Shown piece after piece: positions 12,385 to 24,927 of a stretch of 64,000 nt of DNA. The translations under genes were made by a program, and so were the position numbers. Position 1 is the first letter of the stretch; each line of letters begins with the position of its first letter. The notes beneath the pieces were generated by a model. That model was not told the DNA's origin. It saw only the letters and a list, made by a program, of their open reading frames with translations, and did not search any database. This DNA comes from Camelus dromedarius (Eukaryota): positions 21,144,001 to 21,208,000 of the forward strand of contig NC_087436.1 of NCBI RefSeq assembly GCF_036321535.1, given 5' to 3'.

Positions 12385-12965
12385 TTTTATAATTTAGTGA
12401 AATATAATTAACATATTGTACAATTCACCCATTTATAGTACAGTTTTCAGTGGTTTTAGATATATTCAGTGAGTTGTGCAACCATCACACAAATTTTAAA
12501 ACAATTTCATCACCCCATAAGGAAAGCCCATACCCATTTACAGTTATTCCTCATTTCTTCCCAGCCACCCCCCTGCCCCCAGACTTAGGTGACCACTAAT
12601 CTATTTTGTATCTCTAGAGATTTGAGTATTCTGGAGCCTTCTTATAAATGAAATCATACAATATAGATTTCATATGTGACTGACTTCTTTCATTTAGCAT
12701 AATGTTTTCAAGGTTTATCTACGTTGTAGCACATATCAGTACTTCATTCCTTTTATGGCTAAATAATATTCCATTTTATGGCTATACCGTGTTATTTATT
12801 CAGTAGTTGATGTTTGGGTTGTTTCTACTTTGGGGCTATTATGAATAATGCTGCTGTGTACAAGTTTTTGCATGGACGTATGTTTTCATTCCTCTTGAGT
12901 AGATACCTGGAGAGAAATTACGAGATCATATGAGAGCTCTATGGCTAACATTTTGAGGAACTGTC
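12385..12965 (-). mobile_element. Old L1 (L1M-type) 3' fragment
   Basis: CAATTCACCCATTTA..GAGTTGTGCAACCATCAC..CATTTAGCATAATGTTTTCAAGG..TTGAGGAACTG antisense L1M motifs. Confidence 0.8.
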
Positions 12966-13420
12966 TCACACATAACCTTTTAACTTTTGCAGTTCTGGTA
13001 ATCATGTATGGTCAATGGACATTAACTTTTGAGGGCATTTCCCAACTCTTGAATCCTCTATAATTAAGTGGCTCCTTGTGTCTTTTCAATGGAAAAACTT
13101 GCATGTGAGTATCCCCTGGTTTTCAGACATCACATTTGTAATGGTAAACCAGGAATTTGAGTTCAAAATTGTAACCAAAAGAAATTCTACCAGTATTTTG
13201 TGTTAAGAATATTTTGTTATGTTGCCTTCCTTTCAAAATTGGTGATTCATGTGGTTTCTCTCTATTAACCAAAAGTTTAATTAATTAAAACTGTTCTTAA
13301 CCCGTCTCTAGAGATTTAGAAGTTTACTTATTGTTTTTAACTATTGTTTGATCTATTTGTTCTTTAAATTTTAAAATGCATGAAAAAATATTTTACTGAT
13401 GTAAAAAAATTAATGCTGTG

Positions 13421-13990
13421 ACTATCTACAATAGCCAAGACATGGAAACAATCTAAATGTCTGTTGACAGATGACTGGATAAAGAACTTGTGGTATAGTT
13501 ATACAATGGAATACTACTCAGCCATAAAAATAATAAAATAATGCCATTTGCAGCAACATGGATGGACCTGGAGAATGACATTTTAAGTTAAGTAAGCCAG
13601 AAGGAGAAAGAAAAATACCACATGATATCACATGTATGTGGAATATAAAAAAAAAAAGAAAAGACAAACAAACTTATTTACAAAACAGAAACAGATTCAC
13701 AGACATAGAAAATAAACTTTTACAGTTACCAGGAGGGAAGTGGATGGGAAGGGATAAGTTGGGAGTTCAAGATTTGCAGATACTAACTACTATATATAAA
13801 ATAGATAAACAACAAGCTCATACTGTATAGCACAGGGAACTATATTCAATATCTTGCAGTAACTTGTGAAAGAGAATATCAGAATGAATATATGTATGTT
13901 TATGTGTGACTGAAGCATTGTGCTGTACACCAGAAATTGACACAACACTGTAAACTGACTATACTTCAATAAAAATATATATTAAAAAAA
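13421..13990 (+). mobile_element. 5'-truncated L1 (ORF2 end + 3' UTR)
   Basis: ACAATAGCCAAGACATGGAA..GGAATACTACTCAGCCATAAAA; A tail; TGCTGTG on both flanks. Confidence 0.9.
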
Positions 13991-14299
13991 TGAGTGCTGT
14001 GGACGTGACAGTGCTGTAAGAAGATGAGATTGGCATGCTCCACATTGTGCATCTTCCCTTACTGTGGATATTAATAGTACCTGCATAAACGATTTGACAC
14101 AGATCACGTATTCTAATTTCCTATAACATCTTCAGTAAAAGAAAAAGTGATTTTGTATCATGTAACTCTTTTTATGTCTATCACCCAACACCAGACCTAA
14201 CACAAAGGAAGGTCCGAAGACCATGAGTAAATGGGCAAATAAATTGATGACTCCAAGTGTGTGATCAAAGTGCTATCCTGCCAAAAGGAATTTTTCTCA

Positions 14300-14750
14300 G
14301 GCCAGGGTCGCAGCGGGAAAGCAACGGCACACTCAAAAGTGTGCACCTGAAGAGTATGTGATGAGGGTGCTACTGCAGAGGTGCAGGCAAGATTAAAGGA
14401 GCCAAGAGGGGCAAAGAAGCACCGAGGGACCAGCGGGAGTCAGGAGCCATTACCACCACGAGGCCTGAAAAGGCAAGGACAGAGCTCTGTGACCAGAATC
14501 TGGGAAGGACAATGGCTGGAACCCTGTGGAGAAAAGAGCCACCCAGTAGACACTGTAGGTGCGAGCCAGCCAGAGGAGGTGGTGTCCTGAGCTCTCTGCT
14601 CTCCTCTGGCATCTCCCATTGGCCAGGCCCAACAGGAAGCCAGATGGAGGGGAGCCCAGGTGTCCTGGCTCACTGGGGTCACCTTCCGGGACATGAGAGA
14701 AGCAGGGACGATAGATCTGGAGGAGATGGACAGAAAATAACCAACTCACA
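14300..14750. mobile_element. Probable old ERVL/MaLR-type LTR
   Basis: GC-richer island with LTR-like motifs (CAGGGTC..GGCACACTCAAA, CTCCCATTGGCCAGGCCCAACAGGAAGCCAGA); family not resolved. Confidence 0.45.
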
Positions 14751-15056
14751 AGTGAACTGGATGGACAACCTCTTCAGGACCTGTGGGCCTCTGACTCTGC
14801 AGAAGCTCAGGTGATCGACATTACGAGGACATTACGAGGTAGGAATTCTGCATCTGGCTCTGAAAATCAAAGGGACAAATGATGTAATAAAAGAAGGATG
14901 ATGGGTTCTTCGATTGGTACAGTCACTTCAGGATCGTCAGTAAACATCCCAGAGCAGAACACTGGTACAATTTAATAAAAAATATAGCAACACACTAGGG
15001 CCACATTTTGCCCATTTTGCTGTTTTTGAAGTCACACTTGTGTGTCTCTGTTTCAG

Positions 15057-15211
15057 GTAGCCAAAGCCATTGTGTACATTGAAAAAACAGTGTCAGAGAT
15101 GTCACCGTTCCAGCTCTGCCCGAAGTGGTGTCTCCACTCACGTACGATAGCATACCTGCTACCAAAAACAACAGAAGCCCTCCCACTGGTTTCGCACTTG
15201 CGTGTGTGACG
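15057..15211 (+). pseudogene. FREM3: FREM3 relic exon
   Basis: TTTCAG acceptor; VAKAIVYIEK/SVRDVTVPALPEVVSPLTYDSIPATKNNRSPPTGFALACVT vs FREM2 [53 protein letters not shown]; frameshift in an A6 run; donor GCAGGA. Confidence 0.9.
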
Positions 15212-15777
15212 GCAGGACACATTTTTTTCAGTCCTCTGCTCAACCCCAGCACGCATCAGCCCTCAGCATGTTCACTTGCCCTCCCAGCCAACAGGCACCA
15301 CAGCTCTGGCGTAGACAAAATCTGTCAGCCTCTTGGCCTAGGCTACCCTGATTTTTCTATAATCAGAAATCCTTTAGGGCTCGATTCCTTTCAAACCTCT
15401 GACCTTGGTGTCCCCTGGCATTTCAAGCTGTGGATACTGATTCTTCCCAAATGGAAGTAGGGGTGTTTCCCAGCAGGCAGCTGACTGTGACAGGCATGTG
15501 TCAAACCAGATCAAAACGGAAACAAGGCATCTCTTCCTCAAGCGTTAGTGATACGCGTTTGAAACATTTTAATGAAAACAAATCTGGTATGGGGTGAAAC
15601 AGAAAATGTGCCTTGCTAAGACAAGCCACAAACTTTAACCACATTTTGCTCAGCATCCCAGGGTGACGTGTGTTCAGTCTTTTGGCGGTCAGAGCTGCTG
15701 TCAGTAGAAACGTTTGGTCCACACAGACATGAACTAAAACAGTGCATCTCTTGCCCCCATTTTTGGTCTCATTTTAG

Positions 15778-16041
15778 GCTTGTAATCCCAAATCCTCCAA
15801 CTATGAGAAGATAGGAGCCATCTGCTCGACTGAGAGCACTGGTGACACCCTGACCCTCTGGATCCAGGCTCCCGGCAGCAGGGACGGGGTTGCCAGCCCC
15901 ATGCAGGAAGTGGACGGACTTCAATACTTTCTTCATGGACACGAAATCCATCACACGCAATCCCATCTGTTTCCAAGCCATCACTGCCAGTGGTGATGTG
16001 GGACTTGAGCTGCTGAGTCCAGTTGTCAGACAAAGAGGATG
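15778..16041 (+). pseudogene. FREM3: FREM3 relic exon
   Basis: TTTTAG acceptor, GTGAGT donor; ACNPKSSNYEKIGAICSTESTGDTLTLWIQAPGSRDGVASPMQEVD/FNTFFMDTKSITRNPICFQ-AITASGDVGLELLSPVV vs FREM2 [66 protein letters not shown]; GGAC duplication and deletions. Confidence 0.92.
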
Positions 16042-16213
16042 GTGAGTGAACGTCTCCCAAAAGGAACTCCCTTGGCACGAGGGCTCCTTAATGACAAGAG
16101 AAACTTACTGCTCAAACCTACAGAGGTTGGTCCATGTCACCTTCATTCTTCATCACTGAAATAATATAACATCTGATTTATGTAAATAAATTTATGTAAA
16201 ATATCTAAGAGCA

Positions 16214-16320
16214 GGGAGAGGGTATAGCTCAGTGGTAGAGCGCATGCTTACCATGCACGAGGCCCTGAGTTCAATCCCCAGTACCTCCACTGAAAAAAAA
16301 TAAAACAAACAAACAAAAAT
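16214..16320 (+). mobile_element. tRNA-derived SINE (Vic-1-like)
   Basis: GGGTATAGCTCAGTGGTAGAGCGCATGCTT..GAGTTCAATCCCCAGTACCTCCA + A tail; TATCTAAG on both flanks. Confidence 0.88.
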
Positions 16321-17983
16321 AAGTATCTAAGCGTATATTAAACTAGATTTGGGGAGATGGATTTTCTTAAGCATACACTTTGCATTTTATTGTATTGTAA
16401 TAACAAGAGACAGATGGAAGATAGATTTTTTTTTAACTTTCCAAAAGTTTCCAAAATGTTATAGATTTTGTAAACTGGTCCCTACAGCCGCATGAAAAGG
16501 AACGTATAATAATAAGTTCTTGCATTTATTTTGAGTTCACCATCAGCCAGGAACTGTGGTAAGTGCTTCCCACACCTTTTCATTTCGTCCTCACACATTT
16601 CCTGTCTGGCTTGTATTACTAACTTCAGGTGAAAGAACTGTTTTACAGGTAATGGAACTAAGGTTCCAAGATGTTAGAGGGTTTGTCCAAGCTCATGAGT
16701 CAAGATCGCAACTCACTGTGATTCTACAGGTCAAGTTGTCCAGTTCATTCTGTGCCTCCTCACTGTACTGCACGGAAATAAAAACCAGATGTAATCATGC
16801 CCCCAAGTGCTGTGAGATCTGTGTCACCAGACAGTTTTTAAAGATGATCAATATTGCCCTTCCAGTGTCAGGATCAACATATTTCTAATGTCTGCTTTAA
16901 TAGAAAGCATTTTATATATATATATATATATTACACATAATATATCTATATGAGAGATTATTTCAGATTGTACAAGTATTTACAATTGAATTAAGTTCTT
17001 TAACTCAAGCAGACACAATGCTGCCAGGAATATATTGACCGAGGAGGAGCCTTGAAAGCCACAGCTCTTGCACCTGTTACAGGGAGTGTTAAACCGAAGG
17101 AAGAGCCACTTTCTGGCCACACAGCGTGTGCCTGGTGTCAGCCTGTGAGGCTTTCTCTAAGATGGAACACTCCTGAGACAGTGTGTGTAAGGGCCCAATA
17201 TCCGATTACCAGCTCGCCATTATCTTCCTTCCAGTGTTCACGTTCATGGCAGGGGATGCCCTAAAGCCCTTGTTGCCATAGATACAGCAGGACTGATCCT
17301 GGGATGGAAATTTTTTGATCACGCTGCACATCTTGGGGGAGCTCCCTTTTGGAATATGTTCTATTACTTACAGGCATGAACTCATTTGGAAGAATAGAGA
17401 GCTACCTCCAAAAGGAGGTAACCCTAAGTAAAACTGGGGTTGGACAACACTAGTGCATCTGGCCCATGCTGCCTGAAGCCTTAGGAACACACTGGCCCTG
17501 GAGTGGCAACATCTTTGCTCCTGCCTGGAGATACCCAGCATCTAGCTTTCCCAGTGTTTTAAACTATGTCCCCAATACGTCTCATTAGAAAGTGAATTAT
17601 GACAAAGCTGTGAAATAAAGGTTTATATCTCTAGTTTGTAAAAGAAAAAAAAAAACCCCAAACAAAAAGATAAACAAACAAAAAACCAAACTAGAGCCAT
17701 GTAACAATTTGGGGCCCTAATAAATGTTGGTGCCCTGCGTCCAGACACCCCTTCGTCAGCTCTCCCCAGCCGGCTGGTCATTGGAGACCCTTAGTGTTCC
17801 TGAGTTTCCCCTTCTTTTTTAAGCCAGTCTGAATAAGAACGGATCAGTTACGTGTGCGTGTGTTTATATAAAATCAACAAATACGAAATCATTTCACTAA
17901 ACTTCTGTTTGTGTGCTTATGATTTTCTGTGTCCACAGTCATATCGTCCAAGGACTAGAAGAAACTCCAATCCGAGGGTCAGC

Positions 17984-18437
17984 TGATAACCCAGCAGGAC
18001 CCTGTGGGGCCTTCCCAAGACAGATTCCTCACACGTACCTTCTGCTGCAGCTGCTCTGTGAAGCACCCAGATAACAGTATCCCGTGCATTTTTCCTGAGT
18101 TTTTCAGATACTGAAAACCACCACCAAATGGAAGAAATTAACTACTTGGTGATGGTAAGCACAGAGCCCCAGAACTTCTGGCCCCTTAGGATTGATCCCA
18201 TCAATCAATCAGGGAACTGTGCACAGCTGATCACATCCCTGGGCTGCCCCTCCCTCAGCCAGCCTTGAAAAGGCTCAGCTGAAACCCTTCCCGGAGTTTG
18301 AGGGATTTCTGGGTAGGAGCCGCCATGCGTTCTCCTTGCTGGGCCCAGCAGTAAACCTTTCTCTGCTCCAAACCCTGGCGTTTTGGTGTTTTTTGACCTC
18401 ACTGTCTCTCAGGCACACAAACGTGCATTTGGTAACA
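17984..18437 (+). mobile_element. ERV1-like 5' LTR
   Basis: TG..CA termini (TGATAACC..GGTAACA), AGTAAA poly(A)-like signal near 18350, followed directly by a PBS-like TTTGGAGAAGACGGCCTGGAG. Confidence 0.75.
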
Positions 18438-21400
18438 ATTTTGGAGAAGACGGCCTGGAGTCTGTGCCCACAGCAGGTCAGTCCTGGTCAGGGGCAGCCC
18501 TTCCGTGGGTCCCAGCAGCGGCCGGAGCTCACTTGGCTCTGGGAACCTGGAGGGACCCTCTCCGACAGGCCAGGTGCCGGCTGCCCCAGCACAAGGCTGT
18601 TTGGAACTGAGACACATCGGAGCTGCGGTCCACGGTCAGTGTCACCTGAGGGTGAGTGACTCCAGCTTGCTCAGGCTGGGAATTCTTTCTATCCATCTGG
18701 GTTCATTCCATGGTGGGAAGTGAGCCGCTCGGGGCTCATTGAGAGCCACCCTGGGTCTGTTCTCTTTCAAGAACTGGGGCAATCTGTTTGGAGGTCTCCG
18801 TCTGGGAGTGGAAGTGGAATTTTTAGACTACACCTCCTCTGTGCAACCGTAGCTTATTCGTTGTTTGTGTTTTCACGTGTATCATTTTGGGGTGAGCCAC
18901 TCTGGCTTGCTGCAGGCTGGGAAAATTCAACCTGTGCCACCTGGGCTCCTTCCCTTCAGGGAAGTGCGCCATTCTGGGCTCACTGGGAGCCGCTCTGGGT
19001 CCATTCTCGTTGGGAGCCAGGCCATCCTGGACGCCTCTGTCTAAGAGTGGAAGTGGAATTTTTAGAGTGCACCTCGTCTGATCTTTTGTTGTTTGTATGT
19101 GTGTATGTATCAGTACTTGCGCTGGCCAGTTAAGACATCGTTGGTAACAGGGCTCACGTGTGACAGACACCAGTTTATTCTTCCCTACTGCGTTGGTTGG
19201 GATTTTCCCATGCTAGCCTTGTTCTTTCATTCAGCTTCATCTCTGATGGGGCGCTGGTTGGGGTTTACCCCTTTTGAATTGATGGGGTATTGGTTGGGAA
19301 TCCCCCTTTTGGAGCTAGAGAACTGTGACCCCAGAGACTGTTTTGGATCGTTGTTTGCTTGACATTCGATAACATTAGCTGTGAATAATTAAGTATGGAT
19401 GATCAGGGCTCTGTTCCATTTTAGAGTCCTCCTAGGGCAAATTTTGCAAAACTAGATCTTCAGCTATGCTCCCATAAATGAAAGAGATATTTTTTATTGT
19501 AACACTGTGTGGGCTCAGTACCCCTGAGATCTGAAGAACAATGGTCCCTAATGTCTCTGCTCTTACATCAAAGTGGGCCTTTCGCAGTTTGGCTTTTATC
19601 TTGGGGGTGAGGGTGGGCGGCTGGTGTGTGTGTTTGTGAAGGTGTACCTGAGTCCAAATCCTGTTCTTGTCGTGGTTTTGCGGAAATTGAGGCATGTGAA
19701 TGTGAGCGAATGATATATACATGTTACTGTCTATTACTGTTAGTTGTTTAAACCGAAGTGGATATATGGGAACTGGAAAAAAAGAAAATCCCTGAAAATA
19801 GCCAAAACGGTTGGGTTTTGTAAAAGCAGTTAGAGGAGGACTCTGCACTTCTTTTCTGTGCCTTTGAAATGTAGATGATCTTCCTGGGCTCTCAAGGGAA
19901 GAAAGAGGATTTGTTTGTTTTTTAACTCAAATGGAAAACCTGTGAGATCTCTGGTTCTGTCTTTACATAAGAAAATTGACTTGTGGATGAGCTTTATTTA
20001 ATTGACTTAAAAGTAAGTGCTTACAAATTAAATACTTCTAAGTATAAAAGAGCTAGAATTTCGGGTTCATGTGATCTGGGAAATGTTCAATACTGAACTG
20101 ATATCTTTAATAAGCTAGCTTAAGCTTATCGGTATAATCAATACAGATGTGTCTTTTATTGTACCTACGTTGACAGAAGGTCAATAAGTTCATGTCATTT
20201 CTGTTGCAGAGTTTGTCAGCAGAAAGAAAAAATTAACTTGGTATGATGAAATTCTTATAAGTAAATTAAATGCAAACGAGGTAAAGAGCTTTTGAGTGAA
20301 CTCTTTGGCAATGATTATGTTTTAGGAATGTCTGCTTAAAAATGATTCTCTCCAGATATTTGGTGACTTAAAATTTTAGAGTTGTGTGAAATTAAGTTAA
20401 ATGATGGAAGTTACTGAATAGTTGAATAGCTAGGTCATTTCCCAAACAAAATTAAGATACTGAAACATTCACTAGAGATTGGGATTTGCGGGAACTGAGG
20501 ATTCTAAATTAACTATGTAATTGAAGCTAGGAAAATGGGGAAACATTTCAGTGTGCAGTAGGAAAGTAGGATGTGGGTTTTGAGTAAAAAAAAATGGTAT
20601 GAGAAATGGAATTGCATTTTGTTAAGGGAAAAAGTGACTTGGTCTTGGAGCTGATTGTTTCTAGATGGGGGGAAAAAAAATAAGGGACAGACTAATATGG
20701 ATACAGAAAGCTGTGGAAAGTTTGAAGAAAGGGAGCCCTGAAAAGGGAGTTCTGTGCATGGCCTGGCTGAGATTAGATTAAATTTAATTCGGATTTTGTT
20801 ATTAAAATAGGCTGCTGCAGGTCTGGATTCGCCTCCTCTCTGCTGAGAGAACAAGGTTACTTAGAATGCTTCTGATAACAAATGGTGTGAAAATTTTTGA
20901 TACTTTTGACAAACTTCCTATCAAATTCTAATGAAAGTCCTTTTGACTTCAGCTAACTTCGGGATGCCTCAGGGGCCCCGAGACATCTCAGAGAAAACTA
21001 TTACACTAACTAGGACTGGTTGGTATGTTGAGTTGCATGTGAAACATTGGCAAATAAGCCTCCTCAAATTATATGGTATGGATAAATGTTGGGGTTTATA
21101 TATATATTTTATTGAAGTATAGTCAGTTTACAATGTGTCAGCTTCTGGTGTACAGCATAGTACTTCAGTCATACATGAACATACATATATTCATTTTTAT
21201 ATTCTTTTTCACCATAAGTTACTAGAAGATTTTGAATATAGTTCTCTGTACTACACAGTATGAACTTGTTTATTTATTTTATATATATAGTATCTACAAA
21301 TCTCGAACTCCTAATTTATCCCTTCCCACCCCATTCCCCTCTCTGGTAACCGTAAGTTTGTTTTGTATATTTGTGAGTCTGTTTCTGTTTTATAAAAAAG

Positions 21401-24400
21401 TTCATTTATCTTCTCTTTTTTAGATTCCACATATAAGTGATAGCATATGGTTTCTTTCTCTTTCTGGCTTACTTCACTTAGAATGATGATCTCCAGGTCC
21501 ATCCGTGTTGCTGCAAATGGCATTATTTTATTCTTTTTTATGGCTGAGTAGTATTCCATTGTATAAATATACCATAGCTTCTTTGTCCAGTCATCTGTCT
21601 ATGAACATTTAGGTTGCTTCCATGTCTTAGCTATTGTAAATAGGGCTACTATGAATATTGAGGTGCATGTATCTTTTTGAATTAAGGTTCCCTCTGGATA
21701 TAAGCCCAGGAGTGGGATTGCTGGATCATATGGTAAGTCTATTTTTAGTCTTTTGAGGGGTCTCCATACTGTTTTCCATAACAGCTGCACCAAACTACAT
21801 TCCCACCAGCAGTGCAGGAGGGCTCCCTTTTCTCCACACCCTCTCCAGCATTTGTCATTTGTGGACTTTTTAATGATGGCCATTCTGACTGCTGTGAGGT
21901 GATAATCTCATTGTAGTTTTGATTTGTATTTCTCTGATAATTAGTGATAGTGAGCATTTTTTCATTTGCCTATTTGGCCATTTGTATGTCTTCATTGGAG
22001 AATTGCTTGTTTAGGTCTTCTGCCTTTTTTGTTTGGGGTATTTGGTTTTTTGTTATTAAGTTGTATGAGCTGTTTATATATTCTTGAAATTAAGCCCTTG
22101 TCAGTCTCATCTTTTGCAAGTATTTTCTCCCATTCCATAGGTTGTCTTTTTGTTTTGCTTATGGTTTCCTTTGCGGTGCAGAAGCTTATCAGTTTAATTA
22201 GGTCCCATTTGTTAATTTTTGCTTTTATTTCTATTGCCTGGGTAGACTGCCCTAGGAGAACGTTGCTGAGATTTATGTCAGAGAATGTTTTGCCTGTTTT
22301 CTTCAAGAGGTTATAGTGTCTTGTCTTATGTTTAAGTCTTTAAGCCATTTTGAGTTTATTTTTGTGTAGGGTGTGAGATAGTGTTCTAACTTCATTGATT
22401 CACATGCAGCTGCCCAGTTTTCCCAACACCGTTTGCTGAAGAGACTGTCTTTACTCCAGTGTATGCTCTTGCCTTCTTTGTCAAATATTAACTGACCAAA
22501 AGTTTGTGGGTTTATTTCTGGGCTCTCTATTCTGTTCCATTGATCCATATGTCTGTTTTTGTACCAATACCATGCTGTTTTGATTACTGTAGCTCTGTAG
22601 CATTGTCTGAAGCCTGGGAGGGTTATTCCTCCAGCTTCATTCTTTTTCTTCAGTATTGCTTTGACAATTCTGGGTCTTCAGTGATTCCATATAAATTTTA
22701 GATATTTGTTCTAGTCCTGTGGGAAAATGTCCTGGGTAAGTTGATAGGGATCACATGAAACCTGTAGATTGCTTTGGGTAGTATAGCCATTTTAATAATA
22801 TTCTTCCAATCCAAGAACATGAGATATCTTTCCATTTCTTTAAGTCATCTTCAATTTCCTTAGCGTTTTGTCATTCTCCGCGTATCAATCTTCCACTTCC
22901 TCGTTCAGATTTATTCCTAAATATTTAATTTTTTTGGATGCAATTTTAAGAGGGATTGTTTCTTTATTTTCCTTTTCTGATACTTCATTGTTAGTGTAAG
23001 GGAATGCAACTGACTTCTGTATGTTAATCTTGTATCCTGCTACCTTACTGAATTCTTTTATCAGCTCTCTTAGTTTTTGCATGGAGCCTTTAGGGTTTTC
23101 TATATATAGTATAATGTCATCCACATATAATGACAATTTTACCTCTTCTCTTCCAATTTGGATCCCTTTTATTTGTTTTTCTTGTCTAATTAGTATGGCT
23201 AGGACTGGACTTCCAATACTATATTGAATAGAAGTGGTGAGAGTGGGCATCCTTGTCTTGTTCCAGATTTTAATGGGAAGGCTTTCAACTTTTCACCATT
23301 GAGTACTACGCTGGCTGTAGGTTTGTCATAAACAGGTTTTATTATGTTGCAATATGTTCCCTCTATACTCACTTTGGTGAGACTTTTTACTTTAGATGGG
23401 TGTTGAATTTTATCAAGTGCTTTTTCTGCACCTGTTGAGATGATCATGTGATTTTTGTCCTTTTCTCTTGTTGATGTGGTGTATCAGGTTGATTGATTTG
23501 AGTATGTTGAACCATCCTTGTGTCCCTGGGATAAACTCAACTTGATCATGGTGTATAATCTTTTTATGTGCTGTTGGATTCTGTTTGCTAATATTTTGTT
23601 GAGGATTTTTCCATCTATGTTCATCAGCGATATTGGCCTATAGTTCTTTTTTTTTTTTTTTTGGTAGTGTCTTTGTCTGGCTTTGGTATCAGGGTGATGG
23701 TGGCTTCACAGAATGAATTTGGGAGTGTTCCCTCCTCTTCAATCTTTTCGAAGGGTTTGAGAAGGATCAGAATGAGAAGAGCTCTTCTTTGCATGTTTGA
23801 TAGAATTTTCCAGTGAAGCCGTCTGGTCCTGGACTTTTGTTTGCAAGGAGGTTTTTTATTGCTGATTCTATTTCATTTCTAGTAATTGGTCTGTTCAAAT
23901 GATGTTTCTTCTTGATACAGTTTTGGTGGACTGTATGTTTCTAGAAACTTGTCCATTTCTTCTAAGTTGTCCAATTTATTGCCATATAGTTGTTCATAGT
24001 ATTCTCTTATGATTTTTTGTTCTTCTGTGGTGTTGGTTTTAATTTATCCATTTTCATTTCTTACTTGTGCCCTCTCTCTCTTCTTGGTGAACTTGCATAA
24101 ATGTTGTTAATATGAACATTCTAGAAGTCACATAAAGTTCCTGAAGTTTAGATATGTCCTGGTATAATGCTGTCAGTCATAATTCTAGTTGTTATCTTGA
24201 AATGTTGTAAGTCACAGCAACTTGAATAAGCTTCTTTGTCAAAAAACAATTGTAATCAGATCTTTTACCTTGCCTTTTTGGGTCTTTTGGTCATTCATAG
24301 ACAGTTAAGCTGATGCTTTGCAGGACCACTTCATCTTCAGGTGGATTTGTAAAAGTGACTTTTTGACAAGTACAGGCTTCTTTTTAATCATACTTGCTCA

Positions 24401-24520
24401 GCTGGTAGGATATTTGAGAAGTCTAAGGAAAAACTCTAATTTCGTGGAAGTGTTGGTCAAAGGGACTGATTGCATAGGACTGAGTGAACTGATGAATGTG
24501 GCTGTGATTTTTTGGTTGTC
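18438..24520 (+). mobile_element. Degenerate ERV1-like internal region (interrupted by L1; no 3' LTR seen; right bound approximate)
   Basis: Leader, then gag matrix-like remnant about 19420-19555 (LGQILQN*..IFYCNTVWAQYP..EEQW), then AT-rich non-coding internal sequence that resumes after the L1. Confidence 0.65.
21092..24096 (-). mobile_element. 5'-truncated L1, about 3.0 kb, disrupted ORF2 (RT and C-terminal region) + 3' UTR
   Basis: Minus-strand ORF fragments [72 protein letters not shown]; 10-bp TSD ATAAATGTTG at 21082-21091 and 24097-24106. Confidence 0.97.
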
Positions 24521-24580
24521 TGAAGTATGGCTGGCTCTGTATCATATGTCATCCGTAGTCTTCCTTTTCCCTCCGCTCAG

Positions 24581-24670
24581 ACTCCCTGTCTCCACCCAGC
24601 ATGCACATCAAAGAGGAAGGCAGGATGGTGGTCAGCTGCAGGACAGAGGGTGGCTGGCCATGTCTCCCCT
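24581..24670 (+). pseudogene. FREM3: FREM3 relic exon
   Basis: Pyrimidine tract + CAG; SLSPPSMHIKEEGRMVVSCRTE vs FREM2 [22 protein letters not shown]; 3' part frameshifted or deleted. Confidence 0.8.
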
Positions 24671-24927
24671 GAGCCTTGCTGCTAGGCAACAGCACTGCCT
24701 CACCCAAAGAAGTCACCAATCTGCGTGAGATCGCAGAAGCTTTGAGAAAAATTCAAGCATTGGCTGCCGAGAAATACCAGTGGTCTGTAAGAGCAGTACA
24801 CATTCCTCACTGGGTTTCTCCAGGGTTTTTGAAACAAGATCATGTCTGATGAGTGATGGTTCACTGCAGCTGAGCTCTGGAAAGATGCTGCCATTGCCTA
24901 TAATCTGTCCTCTCCCCAGCTGCCCAG

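Noticed and set aside
14370..14814. Five overlapping ORFs on both strands
   Set aside because: GC-richer LTR-like sequence is poor in stop codons; no recognisable protein.
14817..14838. 11-bp direct repeat GACATTACGAG x2
   Set aside because: Ordinary slippage duplication with no spacer structure; not CRISPR-like.
16751..16795. CASSLYCTEIKTRCN resembling FREM2 CSNLLDYTEVKTHYG
   Set aside because: Short, no splice context, and half of it overlaps what looks like the end of a MIR (about 16530-16770); cannot be separated from chance.
18205..19848. Cluster of 65-138 aa ORFs
   Set aside because: They lie in the ERV LTR/leader; the only retroviral coding trace (gag-like) is broken by stops and frameshifts.
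24539..24562. VSYVIRSL resembling FREM2 VSYVFHSP
   Set aside because: Only 8 codons, merging into the pyrimidine tract of the 24581 relic; insufficient evidence.
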